From: an uncultured Parachlamydiaceae bacterium
GTDB lineage: Bacteria; Chlamydiota; Chlamydiia; Chlamydiales; Parachlamydiaceae
Length of the DNA: 64,000 nucleotides
NCBI GenBank assembly: GCA_963752155.1
Contig: CAVVXH010000010.1
Span: 1-64,000, forward strand
Direction of reading: 5' to 3'
Below the pieces are notes generated by a model. It saw only the letters and a program-made list of their open reading frames with translations. It did not search any database and was not told the DNA's origin. Shown piece by piece: positions 1 through 10,065 of this stretch (positions are counted from its first letter, which is position 1; every line of letters starts with the position of its first letter). The position numbers were made by a program, and so were the translations under genes.

Positions 1-1639
1 CTGGATCGTTGGAATGAATATGAATGATTTTTGGATCCTTTCCGACTTTTGTTCCATAAACATGGAGATGTTTATAAGGTTTACCCTTCTTTATTGCCTC
101 TGCAAGTTCACCAAATGTCATAAAAGGGGTTTTGGTCTCTTTTTGAATGAGTTCCTCCAACCATTCTCTAAATACCTCTCCATCACATATACCGGTACAT
201 TGATAAAGAGCCTTTAGAGGAGCTGTAATGGCCTTGAGCGGATTCAAACAAGTATTTAGGACCGATAGAAGAGTTTTTAAGACACTCGAGACATCCTTGG
301 TTGCCTCATTGAATGCATCTGAAAGCTTTTTTTTCGATAGAGGATGGTCCAAAAGAAGGGTAGCTAAGTCTGTTGTTCTAAGTAGGTGATCTAACTTATC
401 AATCGGATAATTGATGGCAACCAAAGAAGCGGTAATAGCGCCTGCCGATGTTCCAGCAACACGCTCAACAGTTTGCAAAAGCTGTTTTTCCTGAAGTTCA
501 GTGAGAGCTCCTATAAATGCGAGTCCTTTTGGGCCCCCACCCTTGAAAACAAGGTTTAATGGTGGGGGAAAGTGTGATGATGGTAATAATTTTCTTGCTT
601 CTTTACTTTTACTCAAATTCACCAATAGGCTCTCACATGATCTAGCTTGATCTCCTGGTATTTTCCTTACTAAATCAAGAGGACGATTTAAATCGTGATC
701 TTTAGGCTCGATGTCCGAGTCCGATCCTAATGAAGCTAGCAACTGGATCGAGTCATGATGGCACCCTATTGCCGCATGATGAATTGGCAAACGATCATTG
801 TAGTCTTTTGCATCGATAGAAGCCCCACAATGGTGAAGTAGATAAATGGCCTCTTGTTCACCTAAAGATGCAGCATAGCTCAAAGGGGTTAGGCCATCTT
901 GGTTTTTAGATTCGATATCAAACTGAGTCCTATAGTGGTGAAGTAAATGGTAGAGTGCATCAAACTGATGAAAATAGATCGCAACGTGGAGTAAACTGCC
1001 GATCTTATGATACAAGAATTTTACATCACATTTTGGATTTTTGATTAAGAGATCAATGCAAACTTTCTCCCCCCTCATTGTGGCAAGTCCCAATGCATTT
1101 AAAGTGATTTGAGCATCACTTCCAATGAGAATCGTTCGATTTACATTGGCCCCTTTTTCGATCAATTTCTCTGCAAATTGATGATGCCCTGCTTCAATAG
1201 CAATGTGCAATGGCGTTTGTTTTTGATTATTTTCTAAATCTACCTCAATGTGGTTACAGAGAAGATCGATGAGATGTACAGCTCCACATTTTGCAGCGGA
1301 ATGTAAAGCAGTGTTACCTTCAAAATCGACTGAATGGAGATTAATCTTATGGGCAATCAATTGTTTGGTCCATTCATCTTCTCCTTCAGAAATAGAGTGG
1401 TTAAGTAGCGATGTTTTCCAACAGAGAGTCAACTTCGCTATATCCTCACGTGCTTTAGCAAGCTGAGTCCAACGACCTTGTTCACAGGCATTAATAGCTA
1501 GGGTAAATGCTTGTTGACAAGATCCCTCAAAGTCATCTTGGTAAATGCTCTGATTAAAAAGATTCGTAAATCTATTGACAGTATCCCATAGTTGTTGTGG
1601 GGACACATTTGTTGGTTGACTATCTCTTATTGGTTCCAT
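1..1639 (-). CDS. Ankyrin-repeat patatin-like phospholipase (3' end runs off the window)
   Basis: Hand-translated from ATG at 1639 (MEPIRDSQ...); start and final codons are in the same frame and no stop was seen. Ankyrin motifs GNTALHSAA, QTPLHIAIEAG, RLPIHHAA; patatin motifs NLVFKGGGPKG and GTSAG. Absent from the ORF track, presumably because no stop lies in the window. Confidence 0.9.
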   Translation of the reverse strand, partial: MEPIRDSQPTNVSPQQLWDTVNRFTNLFNQSIYQDDFEGSCQQAFTLAINACEQGRWTQLAKAREDIAKLTLCWKTSLLNHSISEGEDEWTKQLIAHKINLHSVDFEGNTALHSAAKCGAVHLIDLLCNHIEVDLENNQKQTPLHIAIEAGHHQFAEKLIEKGANVNRTILIGSDAQITLNALGLATMRGEKVCIDLLIKNPKCDVKFLYHKIGSLLHVAIYFHQFDALYHLLHHYRTQFDIESKNQDGLTPLSYAASLGEQEAIYLLHHCGASIDAKDYNDRLPIHHAAIGCHHDSIQLLASLGSDSDIEPKDHDLNRPLDLVRKIPGDQARSCESLLVNLSKSKEARKLLPSSHFPPPLNLVFKGGGPKGLAFIGALTELQEKQLLQTVERVAGTSAGAITASLVAINYPIDKLDHLLRTTDLATLLLDHPLSKKKLSDAFNEATKDVSSVLKTLLSVLNTCLNPLKAITAPLKALYQCTGICDGEVFREWLEELIQKETKTPFMTFGELAEAIKKGKPYKHLHVYGTKVGKDPKIIHIHSNDP

Positions 1640-1707
1640 AAAGTTTCCTTTAGTTAAATTGTTATATCGATGTGTTACAATGCCACATTAAATTTGTAGG
1701 TCAGTCA

Positions 1708-4440
1708 TTACTTTAAACAGATCTTCACCTGTTTGCCTTTTTTATACATAAATAGCAAAGCTGCGAGCATGATTGTTTGAGTTACTTTTCCATGAAAGTT
1801 GAATTCTGGAAATAATTTAAAAGGGACAGAAATTAATCTGTTAGAGTAGTAATGTAAAAAAAGTTGTGATCTTACATCCTCAACGTCCCAAAATCTAGAC
1901 CCTAACATATGAGCGGCAGAAGCTAATATCTCTTCTTGACAGATAAAAGGAAACCTATTAGTTAAACTATCAGCCAAAAATTCAACACGTTTATCCCAAC
2001 CCCCTCCCATTTCATCCTTTTCATAGATCAACTTGACTTTATTGATCCTCTCTTCCATAGTTTTTATCATTATTTCTATTGAGACGAAAGAAATATGCAC
2101 AGATTCAATTGCTTTTTCGAGTTCTTCTCGCTTTTTAATTAGCAATTCTAATTCTTTGAGTTTCATTAACATGTCATACATTTGATCTAATTCTTCTGAA
2201 CAATCTTTGATAATTTTTTTGACAGTTTCTTTCTCCACTTGTTTTTGTGCGTACCATTTAACTAATGTATGAATCGCTTTAGGTATTCCAAGTGGAATTG
2301 TGATCAAAACATTGACCCAATTAGGTAAAGTGTAGTCTTTTTCTACAGCTGAAACAGCAGCTTCGATACCTTTTCGTTTCTTAATCCATTTTGCTTCAAT
2401 CTCTTCAGTGTTTACATTTCCCTTCAATTCAACTCCTAATAAGCCCATCACATACTTTTCCAAACTAGTAAATTTGTTTTGAAGCCCTGACATTGCCATC
2501 GGATCTGCTATTTCTTTAATTTCCTTTAGTGTGACTTTGATGAGAGTGATGTCCAGATTAAGAATCACCGATCTCATGTATTTTTCGAGAAATTCTTTTA
2601 CGATTTTTTTGTCATAATTTCGTACAATGAGGGGATCGATTTCTGGCAAATGGAGAAACGTTCCAATTTCTGGATGGGATTGAGAAAATAGTGCGCTGAT
2701 TAAGCTGGACTCTTTCACGCTTTCTTCAAAATTGTCGAATTTAAAATCACCATGCTTCACCCTTTTCATTTCATCCAACAGATCATTTACAAATAGATGA
2801 TCTATTAATTTTTCATGATCTGGATCCAAAGAATCTTCGGGATTCGCGTAAAGAGCTTTTCCTTGAGAGAGATTTTCAAAATAGGAAGGTAAACACTTGG
2901 AGTTTTGTAAATCGTCAAATCGGATAATTTTTGCTAATCCAATCTGTTTTAATAGTTCATTTTCTCTTTCCTGGAGATTTTTCTTACTTTTGATTTTTTC
3001 ATCATTTTCAGGCAATGGAAGTTGTTGCTGACGCGCTTTTTCTTTTTGTATCTTCTCAAGTTGCTGTTGTTTTTGTCGTATCATTGGTTGTAAACTTTCT
3101 TGATTCAGAGAAGCAAGCACGTTAATTTCTATTGTGAGTTGATTCTCTTCAGGTGTTGAACGCGATCGCTCTCTTTTTTGTTGCTCTTCTATTGCTTTAA
3201 TTTTTCCAAAATCGGGATCCTTAGAATATTTTGTAATGCCTAATGCACACTCCTCTTTCTTTTCTAGCAAACGTTTTAAACGAGATCCCAGTTGAGCTGC
3301 CGCTGCAAATCTACTTTCTGTATTTGTGATCGACTCAATGATCAAAACTTTAGGTTGATGTTTTCTGATAAGTGCTTTTAGAGCACATTCCATTCCCAAA
3401 GAGATAAGGGGACTATTGCTATCATCAAAACCAGGAAAATCTACAATCAACCAATCTTTGACTAATTCAACCGTAGGCAGGAATGTACAAGAGGTTGCTT
3501 GCTCATGGCCGATAAGAGAATTTTTATCTCTTTTTGATTCATAGTTGGAACCTTTCAAAATCATTTCATCTCCGCGAAGAAAACAGAAAGTAGTGGATTT
3601 ACCTGCTCCAGAGCTACCTAATAGAAATAAAATATTGGGACAATGATGAGGAATGGAGCTTTCTACCTTCTCAATGATCGCTTGCCTGGTCTCGATTACA
3701 ACATGAGAGAGTAGAGAAAAGGACTTTTTCTCGATTGCGGCTTGCCGATCATTACGGGTGCTCCATTTTCGCATCTCAATGAGGTGATCATATAGATGAA
3801 GGTATCCACCACTTAGTAATTCATCAAAATAATCGGGAAAATCTATTGGGCTATTTTTTCTCCAATTCTCTAATTCTAGTTTTTTAGCTTTAATGATTTG
3901 TACAGTTTCTTTCTTTTGATTCAAAATTTTTATTACTTGATCACTTGAATAAGAGTTAATAAGAAATTTAATATCTTCATCAAGCTTTGCATCTGAACCA
4001 CATGTAGGAAGGAAGCGAGCAACCCAAGTCATTATTCGCGAATCATTTTCCGATCTACCAAATAATCTGTGAATTTCATTCTCGATAGGTAAATTTTTGT
4101 CGGAAAAATTTTTCAAATAATACAACGAAATCAAGCTTTTCGCGTCTTTAGCTGGATCTCTATCCAAATCCTTCCCACAAGAAATCACCCTTTCTTTGAT
4201 ACTAGCAAGAACATTTTGAGTATTATATTTTGGTATGTGCTCTACTATTTCAAGCAGGCCTATTTGTTGATAGGTCTTATCGAGCTGATCAACATCGTGC
4301 AGGCAAAGAAGGTCTTTCATCAAGATTTCTTGGATGATTTTCATCCCTTCTTCAATATTGGACAAAGGCTCCAACGATTTTATATTTCTAGGACAGCAAT
4401 CTTGCTGTATCGGCATATTATATTGAGTAATTGGTTCCAT
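1708..4440 (-). CDS. Large P-loop GTPase-domain protein (AIG1/paraseptin-like G domain, coiled coil, hydrophobic segment), paralog 1
   Basis: G1 GSSGAGKST, G2 SCT, G3 DFPG, G4-like TKYS; Q/E-rich coiled coil; hydrophobic WVNVLITIPLGIP. Start moved to MEPITQY at 4440 (AAGGA upstream; matches the paralog start). Confidence 0.8.
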   Translation of the reverse strand: MEPITQYNMPIQQDCCPRNIKSLEPLSNIEEGMKIIQEILMKDLLCLHDVDQLDKTYQQIGLLEIVEHIPKYNTQNVLASIKERVISCGKDLDRDPAKDAKSLISLYYLKNFSDKNLPIENEIHRLFGRSENDSRIMTWVARFLPTCGSDAKLDEDIKFLINSYSSDQVIKILNQKKETVQIIKAKKLELENWRKNSPIDFPDYFDELLSGGYLHLYDHLIEMRKWSTRNDRQAAIEKKSFSLLSHVVIETRQAIIEKVESSIPHHCPNILFLLGSSGAGKSTTFCFLRGDEMILKGSNYESKRDKNSLIGHEQATSCTFLPTVELVKDWLIVDFPGFDDSNSPLISLGMECALKALIRKHQPKVLIIESITNTESRFAAAAQLGSRLKRLLEKKEECALGITKYSKDPDFGKIKAIEEQQKRERSRSTPEENQLTIEINVLASLNQESLQPMIRQKQQQLEKIQKEKARQQQLPLPENDEKIKSKKNLQERENELLKQIGLAKIIRFDDLQNSKCLPSYFENLSQGKALYANPEDSLDPDHEKLIDHLFVNDLLDEMKRVKHGDFKFDNFEESVKESSLISALFSQSHPEIGTFLHLPEIDPLIVRNYDKKIVKEFLEKYMRSVILNLDITLIKVTLKEIKEIADPMAMSGLQNKFTSLEKYVMGLLGVELKGNVNTEEIEAKWIKKRKGIEAAVSAVEKDYTLPNWVNVLITIPLGIPKAIHTLVKWYAQKQVEKETVKKIIKDCSEELDQMYDMLMKLKELELLIKKREELEKAIESVHISFVSIEIMIKTMEERINKVKLIYEKDEMGGGWDKRVEFLADSLTNRFPFICQEEILASAAHMLGSRFWDVEDVRSQLFLHYYSNRLISVPFKLFPEFNFHGKVTQTIMLAALLFMYKKGKQVKICLK

Positions 4441-7252
4441 AAAATTCCTTTTGCCTTCCGGTTGATTCAATTTTATACTTAAGTAGCAAAGTGGCTGCCA
4501 TGAGAGCTTGATTTACTTTTCCATGATAAACTTTAAATTTTATTTTTAATATTTCAAATTTTATTTTTAATCCTACTACTTCTTCTTCAGAATATGAGAA
4601 TTTTGATTTAAAAAAAGCTGGAAGCCAAAAGAATGAACTGAACTCTTTAGAAGCATTTAAAACAAGACCTCTCCCTACAAGATTCTTTCCTTTAATTGAA
4701 AATGCTAATATATTAAAAGCTAAAGCTAATGTCTCTGCTTCGTTTAGCTCTTTAGTCCATTCTTCAGTTTTATTAGTTAAATTAACTGCTAAAAATTCAA
4801 TACGTCTATCCCAATCATTTTCTCCATAGATTAACCTGACTTTATTAATCCTCTCTTCTATGGTTCTTATTAATGATTCTTGTGATTTAACAGAAATTTT
4901 TACAGAATTAAAGGCTTGGTCGAGATCTTCTCGCTTTTTAATCAGCAATTCTAATTCTTGTAATTTCATTAACATGTCATACATTTGATTCAATTCTTCT
5001 GAACAATCTTTGATGATTTTTTCGATAGTTTTTTTCTCCACTTGTTTTTGTGCGTACCATTTAACTAATGCATGAATCCCTATAGGTATTCCAAGTGGAA
5101 TTGTGAACAAAACATTAACCCAATTAGGTAAAGTATACTCTACTTCTACAGCTGAAACGGCGGCAGCTGCGATATCTTTTCGATTCTCAATCCATTTTAC
5201 TTCAATCTCTTCAGTGTTTTCATTTCCATTCAGTTCAACTCCTAATAAGCCCATCACATATTTTTCCAATTTAGTAAATTTCTTTTGAAGATCTAAAATT
5301 GACATTGGATCTGCTATTCCTTTCATTTCCTTTAGTGCGACTTTGATAAGAGAGATATCGAGATTAAGAATCACCGATCTCTTGTATTTTTCGAGACATT
5401 CTCCTACAATTTTTTTGTCATAATTTTGTACAATGCGGGGATCGATTTCTGCCAAATGGAGAAACGTTCCAATTTCTGGATGGGATTCAGAAAATAGTGT
5501 GCTGATTAAGCTGGACTCTTTCACGCTCTCTTCAAAATTCTCGAATTTAAAATCACCATACTTCACCTTTTTCATTTCAACCAACAAATCATTTACAAAT
5601 AGATGATCTATTAATTTTTCATGATCTGGATCCAAAGGATCTTCGGGATTTGCGTTAAGAGCTTCTCCTTGAGAGAGATCTGCAAAATAGGAAGGTAAAC
5701 ACGCAGAGTTTTGTAAATCGTCAAATCGGATAATTTTTGCTAATCCAATCTGTTTTAATAGTTCATTTTCTCTTTCCTGGAGATTTTTCATACTCTCGAC
5801 TTTCTCATCATTTTCAGGCAATGGAACTTGGTGCTGCCGCGCTTTTTCTTCTTGTATCTCCCCAAGTCGTTGTTGTTTTTGTCTTATCGTTGGTTGAAAA
5901 CTTTCTTGATTTAGAGTAACAAGCAAGTTAATTTCTGTTGTGAGTTGACTTTCTTCAGGTGTTGGAAGCGATCGTTCTCTTTTTTGTTGCTCTTCTATTG
6001 CTTTAATTTTTCCAAAATCGGAATCCCTAGAATATTTTGTAATGCCTAATACACACTCTTCTTTCTTGTCCAGCAAACGTTTCAAACGAGATCCCTGATG
6101 GGCTGCCGCTGCAAATCTACCTTCTGTATTTATGATCGACTCAATGATCAAAACTTTAGGTTGATGTTTTCTGATAAGTGCTTTTAGAGCACATTCCATT
6201 CCCAAAGAGATAAAGGGGCCATTACTATCATCAAAACCAGGAAAATCTACAATCAACCAATCATTGATGAATTCAACCGTAGGCAGAAATGTACAAGAGG
6301 TTGCTAGCTCATGGCCGATAAGAGAATTTTTATCTCTTTTCGATTCATAGTTGGAGCCTTTCAAAACCATTTCATCTCCGCGAAGAAAACAGAAAGTAGT
6401 GGATTTACCTGCTCCAGAGCCACCTAATAGAAATAAAATTTGAGGACAATTATTAGGAATAGAGCTTTCTATCTTCCTAATGATCGCTTCTCTAGTCTCG
6501 ATTACAACATGAGAGAGTAGAGAAAAGGACAGTTTCTCGATTGCAGCTTGCCGATCATTACGGGTACTCAATTTTCGCATCTCAATGATGTGATCATAGA
6601 GATGAAAGTATGCACCCTCCAGTAATTCATCAAAATAATCGGGAAAACCTATTGGGTTATTTTTTCTCCAATTCTCTAGTTCTAGTTTTTTAGCTTTAAT
6701 GATTTGTATTGTCTCTTTCTTTTGAGTTAAAATTTTTGTTACCAGATTACTTGAATAAGAGTTCATTAGAAATTTAATATCTTCATCAAGCTTTGCTTCT
6801 GAACCACATGTAGGAAGGTAACGAGCAATATTTGTCATGATTTGCGGATTATATTTCGAATCACGAAATAAACTGTGAAAGTCATTCTCAATAGATAAAT
6901 TTCCGTAGGAAAAATTCTTCAAATAATACAACGAAATTAAGTTTTTCGCGTCTTTAACTCGATCTTTACCGAAATCCTTCACACAAGAAATCACCCTTAC
7001 GTTAATACTATTAAGAACATGTTGAGTATTAGATTTAGGGATGTGCTCTACTTGTCTTTCAAGTAGGCTTATCTGTTGATAGGTCTTATCGATCTGAACA
7101 ACATCGTGCAGGCAAAGAAGGTCTTTCATCAAGATTTTTTGGATGATTTTCACTCCTTCTTCAATATTGGACAAAGGTTCCAACGATTTTCTAATTTTTC
7201 TATAACAGCAATCTTGCTGTATCGGCATACTATATTGAGTAATTGGTTCCAT
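4418..7252 (-). CDS. Large P-loop GTPase-domain protein, paralog 2
   Basis: 944 aa; GGSGAGKST, DFPG, TKYS; collinear with and highly similar to 1708..4440 except the last ~100 aa. Confidence 0.8.
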   Translation of the reverse strand: MEPITQYSMPIQQDCCYRKIRKSLEPLSNIEEGVKIIQKILMKDLLCLHDVVQIDKTYQQISLLERQVEHIPKSNTQHVLNSINVRVISCVKDFGKDRVKDAKNLISLYYLKNFSYGNLSIENDFHSLFRDSKYNPQIMTNIARYLPTCGSEAKLDEDIKFLMNSYSSNLVTKILTQKKETIQIIKAKKLELENWRKNNPIGFPDYFDELLEGAYFHLYDHIIEMRKLSTRNDRQAAIEKLSFSLLSHVVIETREAIIRKIESSIPNNCPQILFLLGGSGAGKSTTFCFLRGDEMVLKGSNYESKRDKNSLIGHELATSCTFLPTVEFINDWLIVDFPGFDDSNGPFISLGMECALKALIRKHQPKVLIIESIINTEGRFAAAAHQGSRLKRLLDKKEECVLGITKYSRDSDFGKIKAIEEQQKRERSLPTPEESQLTTEINLLVTLNQESFQPTIRQKQQRLGEIQEEKARQHQVPLPENDEKVESMKNLQERENELLKQIGLAKIIRFDDLQNSACLPSYFADLSQGEALNANPEDPLDPDHEKLIDHLFVNDLLVEMKKVKYGDFKFENFEESVKESSLISTLFSESHPEIGTFLHLAEIDPRIVQNYDKKIVGECLEKYKRSVILNLDISLIKVALKEMKGIADPMSILDLQKKFTKLEKYVMGLLGVELNGNENTEEIEVKWIENRKDIAAAAVSAVEVEYTLPNWVNVLFTIPLGIPIGIHALVKWYAQKQVEKKTIEKIIKDCSEELNQMYDMLMKLQELELLIKKREDLDQAFNSVKISVKSQESLIRTIEERINKVRLIYGENDWDRRIEFLAVNLTNKTEEWTKELNEAETLALAFNILAFSIKGKNLVGRGLVLNASKEFSSFFWLPAFFKSKFSYSEEEVVGLKIKFEILKIKFKVYHGKVNQALMAATLLLKYKIESTGRQKEFYGTNYSI

Positions 7253-7367
7253 GGAATCTCCTTCTCTGTTCTTTTGTGATGAAAGAATTTCATATGAATG
7301 AATATTTATTTAATTTCTGAATTCATATAACTTTTTATTTTTTCTTGCAAATCATTTTTGGTGTTTC

Positions 7368-7800
7368 CAGTAATTTCCGCCACTAGGTGAGAAAGATGCT
7401 GCGATATTAAGATATAAAGTATAGGAAAAAATTAAACGCAAAGGAACGAAGGCACAAAGAGCACAAAGAGATCTTACGCGAAGAATTTTCATTTAAAAAA
7501 ATAGGTGAATTTTATTTTACATGTAAGATCTCTTTGTGCTCTTTGCGCCTTCGTGACTCCTAAATAACAAGTTCGCGCCTTGCCATTGGTGCCTGACCTG
7601 ACATTCTGACATTTGCCCTCCTAGGAGGTTATGTTATCATTGTAGGCAAATGTCAGAATATCAGGTCAGGCACCAATGGCAAGGCGCTTTAAAAATTTGT
7701 TGTTTCCCAATAGGGGGCGCCGTAGGCAACTGTCTCGCTTTGCGTTTAATTTTTCTTAGTATTCCGCATCAGTCGATTTTGTTATTGCGGGAATTGCTGA
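7368..7800. repeat. Nested palindromic repeat: element A (7389-7786) interrupted by a cassette carrying palindrome B (7575-7687)
   Basis: A arms AAACGCAAAGG..GGCACAAAGAGCACAAAGAGATCTTAC and its reverse complement; B arms GCGCCTTGCCATTGGTGCCTGACCTGA.ATTCTGACATTTGCC inverted; outer imperfect IR CAGTAATTTCCGC/GCGGGAATTGCTG. Both elements recur in the window. Confidence 0.9.
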
Positions 7801-7890
7801 TGTTCTGAGTCTGATCTTGCATTTGATAGATATAAGTGTTAAAAAAAAATTTGAGGGAACCTATGATCGCAGATCGTGGAGGAGGAGCTC

Positions 7891-8907
7891 ATGTTGCAGA
7901 AAGTTTTAAATGCTCCCGTAACAGAGCGGGAAAAGTTGATCAAATTTGTACGCAGATGGGCAGATGTTAATACAGATGGTTTATTAGAGGAATCTAGCCA
8001 AATGTTCTCCGTTCCTGGAATTGAAGGTTATATTGGGTATCGAATTGAGTCAAGCAATGCTGTTGTGTATGGTGATCCAGTGTGCTCTTTTGAAAATAAA
8101 CCGATATTGGCAAAAGCTTTTCAAGAATATTGTAATTCCCAGAAACTCGGAGTTCTCTATACAATTGTCTCTGAAGATTTTGCTGAGTGGGCGTCAAATA
8201 ATTTGGAAGCTGTGACTATCGAATTTGGTAAAAAATTAGTTTTAGATCCACACAGCCTCCCTATTCACAATAAAGATCCCAAGTTAGCTTTAGTTAGAAA
8301 AAAAGTCAGGCATGCCTTGAAAGAAGGAATCACGGTCCAGGAATATATAGGTGAATCGAATAAAGATTCACGCGACATTGAGCAACAAATCGAGAATGTT
8401 TCTACAAAGTGGTTGCAAAATAGACGTGGTCCACAAATTTACCTTTCTCATCTCTCTTTATTTAAAAATCGTCTTGGAAAGCGCTGGTTTTATGCAAAGC
8501 AGGGGGAATCCATCGTAGGTCTATTGATTCTTAATCGATTAGAATCCAAAAATGGATGGCTTTTGAATAATGTCATGACATTAAAAGACGTTTCAAGCGG
8601 TCTTTCGGAATTATTGATTATCTCTGCATTGGAAACGGTTGAAAAAGAAGGCTGTCAATATGTTTTAGTCGGTCCTATCCCAGATTTACAGTTAGGAAAA
8701 ATAACAGGAATCAGTCGTTTCTGGGCTAAAATGACGCGTGGGGTATTTCAGTGCGCCAAATATTTTTTCCATCTGGATGGTCATTATACATATTGGGATA
8801 AATTTGATCCCCATTTTGAGAGCTCCTATCTCATTTTTCCAAAAAAAAATTTAGGATATTCGAGTATTAAAGCTCTCATGCAAGCATATAACGTTACTAT
8901 AGGATAG
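7891..8907 (+). CDS. Stand-alone phosphatidylglycerol lysyltransferase C-terminal-like (DUF2156) aminoacyl-tRNA-dependent transferase domain protein
   Basis: VVYGDPVC, RKKVRHALKEG, GLSELLI, KFDP motifs resemble the MprF/AaPGS synthase domain; no membrane domain; GGAGGAGGAG SD before ATG 7891. Confidence 0.75.
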   Translation: MLQKVLNAPVTEREKLIKFVRRWADVNTDGLLEESSQMFSVPGIEGYIGYRIESSNAVVYGDPVCSFENKPILAKAFQEYCNSQKLGVLYTIVSEDFAEWASNNLEAVTIEFGKKLVLDPHSLPIHNKDPKLALVRKKVRHALKEGITVQEYIGESNKDSRDIEQQIENVSTKWLQNRRGPQIYLSHLSLFKNRLGKRWFYAKQGESIVGLLILNRLESKNGWLLNNVMTLKDVSSGLSELLIISALETVEKEGCQYVLVGPIPDLQLGKITGISRFWAKMTRGVFQCAKYFFHLDGHYTYWDKFDPHFESSYLIFPKKNLGYSSIKALMQAYNVTIG

Positions 8908-8910
8908 CCA

Positions 8911-10062
8911 GTGATTTCTCTTGCATTTAAAATGTTAATTGGAAAGAAAGCTTCTTGCATCGGAGTGATCTTTGGTATTTTTTTAGCAACACTATTAATT
9001 TCACAGCAAGCTGCGATTTTTTTAGGTCTGATGGCTCGTTCTTACCGTATCGTGACAGATACTCCCATTCCCACTATTTGGGTGATGGATCCGGCCACTG
9101 AAAGTGAAGATAAGTTACGAAGTTTCCCGGTAAGTTATCTTGACATAGTCAGAGAGACTCCTGGGATCGCTTGGGCTGTCCCTATGAACGCAGGTTTGAT
9201 GCCTATTGTGACTCCTCAGGGAAAATTTGATGTCACCCAAATTTATGGAGTCGATGAAGCGACGTTGATTGGGGCACCTACTCAAATGATTCAAGGTTCC
9301 GTAAAAGATCTACGGAGGGAAGGGGGAATCATTGTTGATGAAATGTCAGCTAACGGAGTTCTATCATCGATTGGACCACATGGGGAAAGGCATCCGATAG
9401 GAATTGGTGAAACGCTTGAAATTAATGGCAAACGCGCTGTTGTGGTAGGGATATGTAAAATTACTCAGGGATTTTATCCTCAACCGATTATCTACACATC
9501 TTTTTCTCAATTCCAAGCATTTAATCCTGGAATGGTCAATAAAACAGGATTCATATTAGCTAAGGAAAATCCAGGCACCGACATCGCGACCGTCATCCAT
9601 TCAATCAATTCCCATCCAGGATTAAAAGCTCTTACCCAAGATGAATTTAAGACCCGTATTATGGATTTTTTTCTAAAAACTGGCATATTGATCAACTTTC
9701 TACTTTCAGTAATACTTGGAATTATTATAGGGTTCTCAATAGCGGGACAAATTTTTTATATGATGACCCTGGAGAACATCACGTATTATGCGTTGATAAA
9801 GGCTGTAGGAGGGACTGGGAAGATGTTGCTCAAGATGATTATTTTTCAGGCGGCGATTGTTGGAATAATAGGTTACGCCTTGGGAATTGGTGCAACTGTC
9901 TTGTGGGGACTGGCGATTAAAAACACCACTTTAGCCTTTTTGTTCCCTTGGCAATTGTTGCTTATCAGTGGAGTAATAGTGTTGATTATCTGTATTTTTA
10001 CTGCTGTTCTCAGTGTTCAAAAGGTTTTCCGCGCGGATCCGAAAATATTGATGGGGACATAA
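8911..10062 (+). CDS. ABC transporter permease (FtsX/DevC-like)
   Basis: One N-terminal TM, periplasmic domain, three C-terminal TMs, YALIKAVG motif. Confidence 0.85.
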   Translation: MISLAFKMLIGKKASCIGVIFGIFLATLLISQQAAIFLGLMARSYRIVTDTPIPTIWVMDPATESEDKLRSFPVSYLDIVRETPGIAWAVPMNAGLMPIVTPQGKFDVTQIYGVDEATLIGAPTQMIQGSVKDLRREGGIIVDEMSANGVLSSIGPHGERHPIGIGETLEINGKRAVVVGICKITQGFYPQPIIYTSFSQFQAFNPGMVNKTGFILAKENPGTDIATVIHSINSHPGLKALTQDEFKTRIMDFFLKTGILINFLLSVILGIIIGFSIAGQIFYMMTLENITYYALIKAVGGTGKMLLKMIIFQAAIVGIIGYALGIGATVLWGLAIKNTTLAFLFPWQLLLISGVIVLIICIFTAVLSVQKVFRADPKILMGT

Positions 10063-10065
10063 AGC

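Noticed and set aside
4216..7279. Short plus-strand ORFs opposite the GTPase genes and similar shadow ORFs elsewhere
   Set aside because: Antisense or alternative-frame shadows of long, motif-bearing genes.
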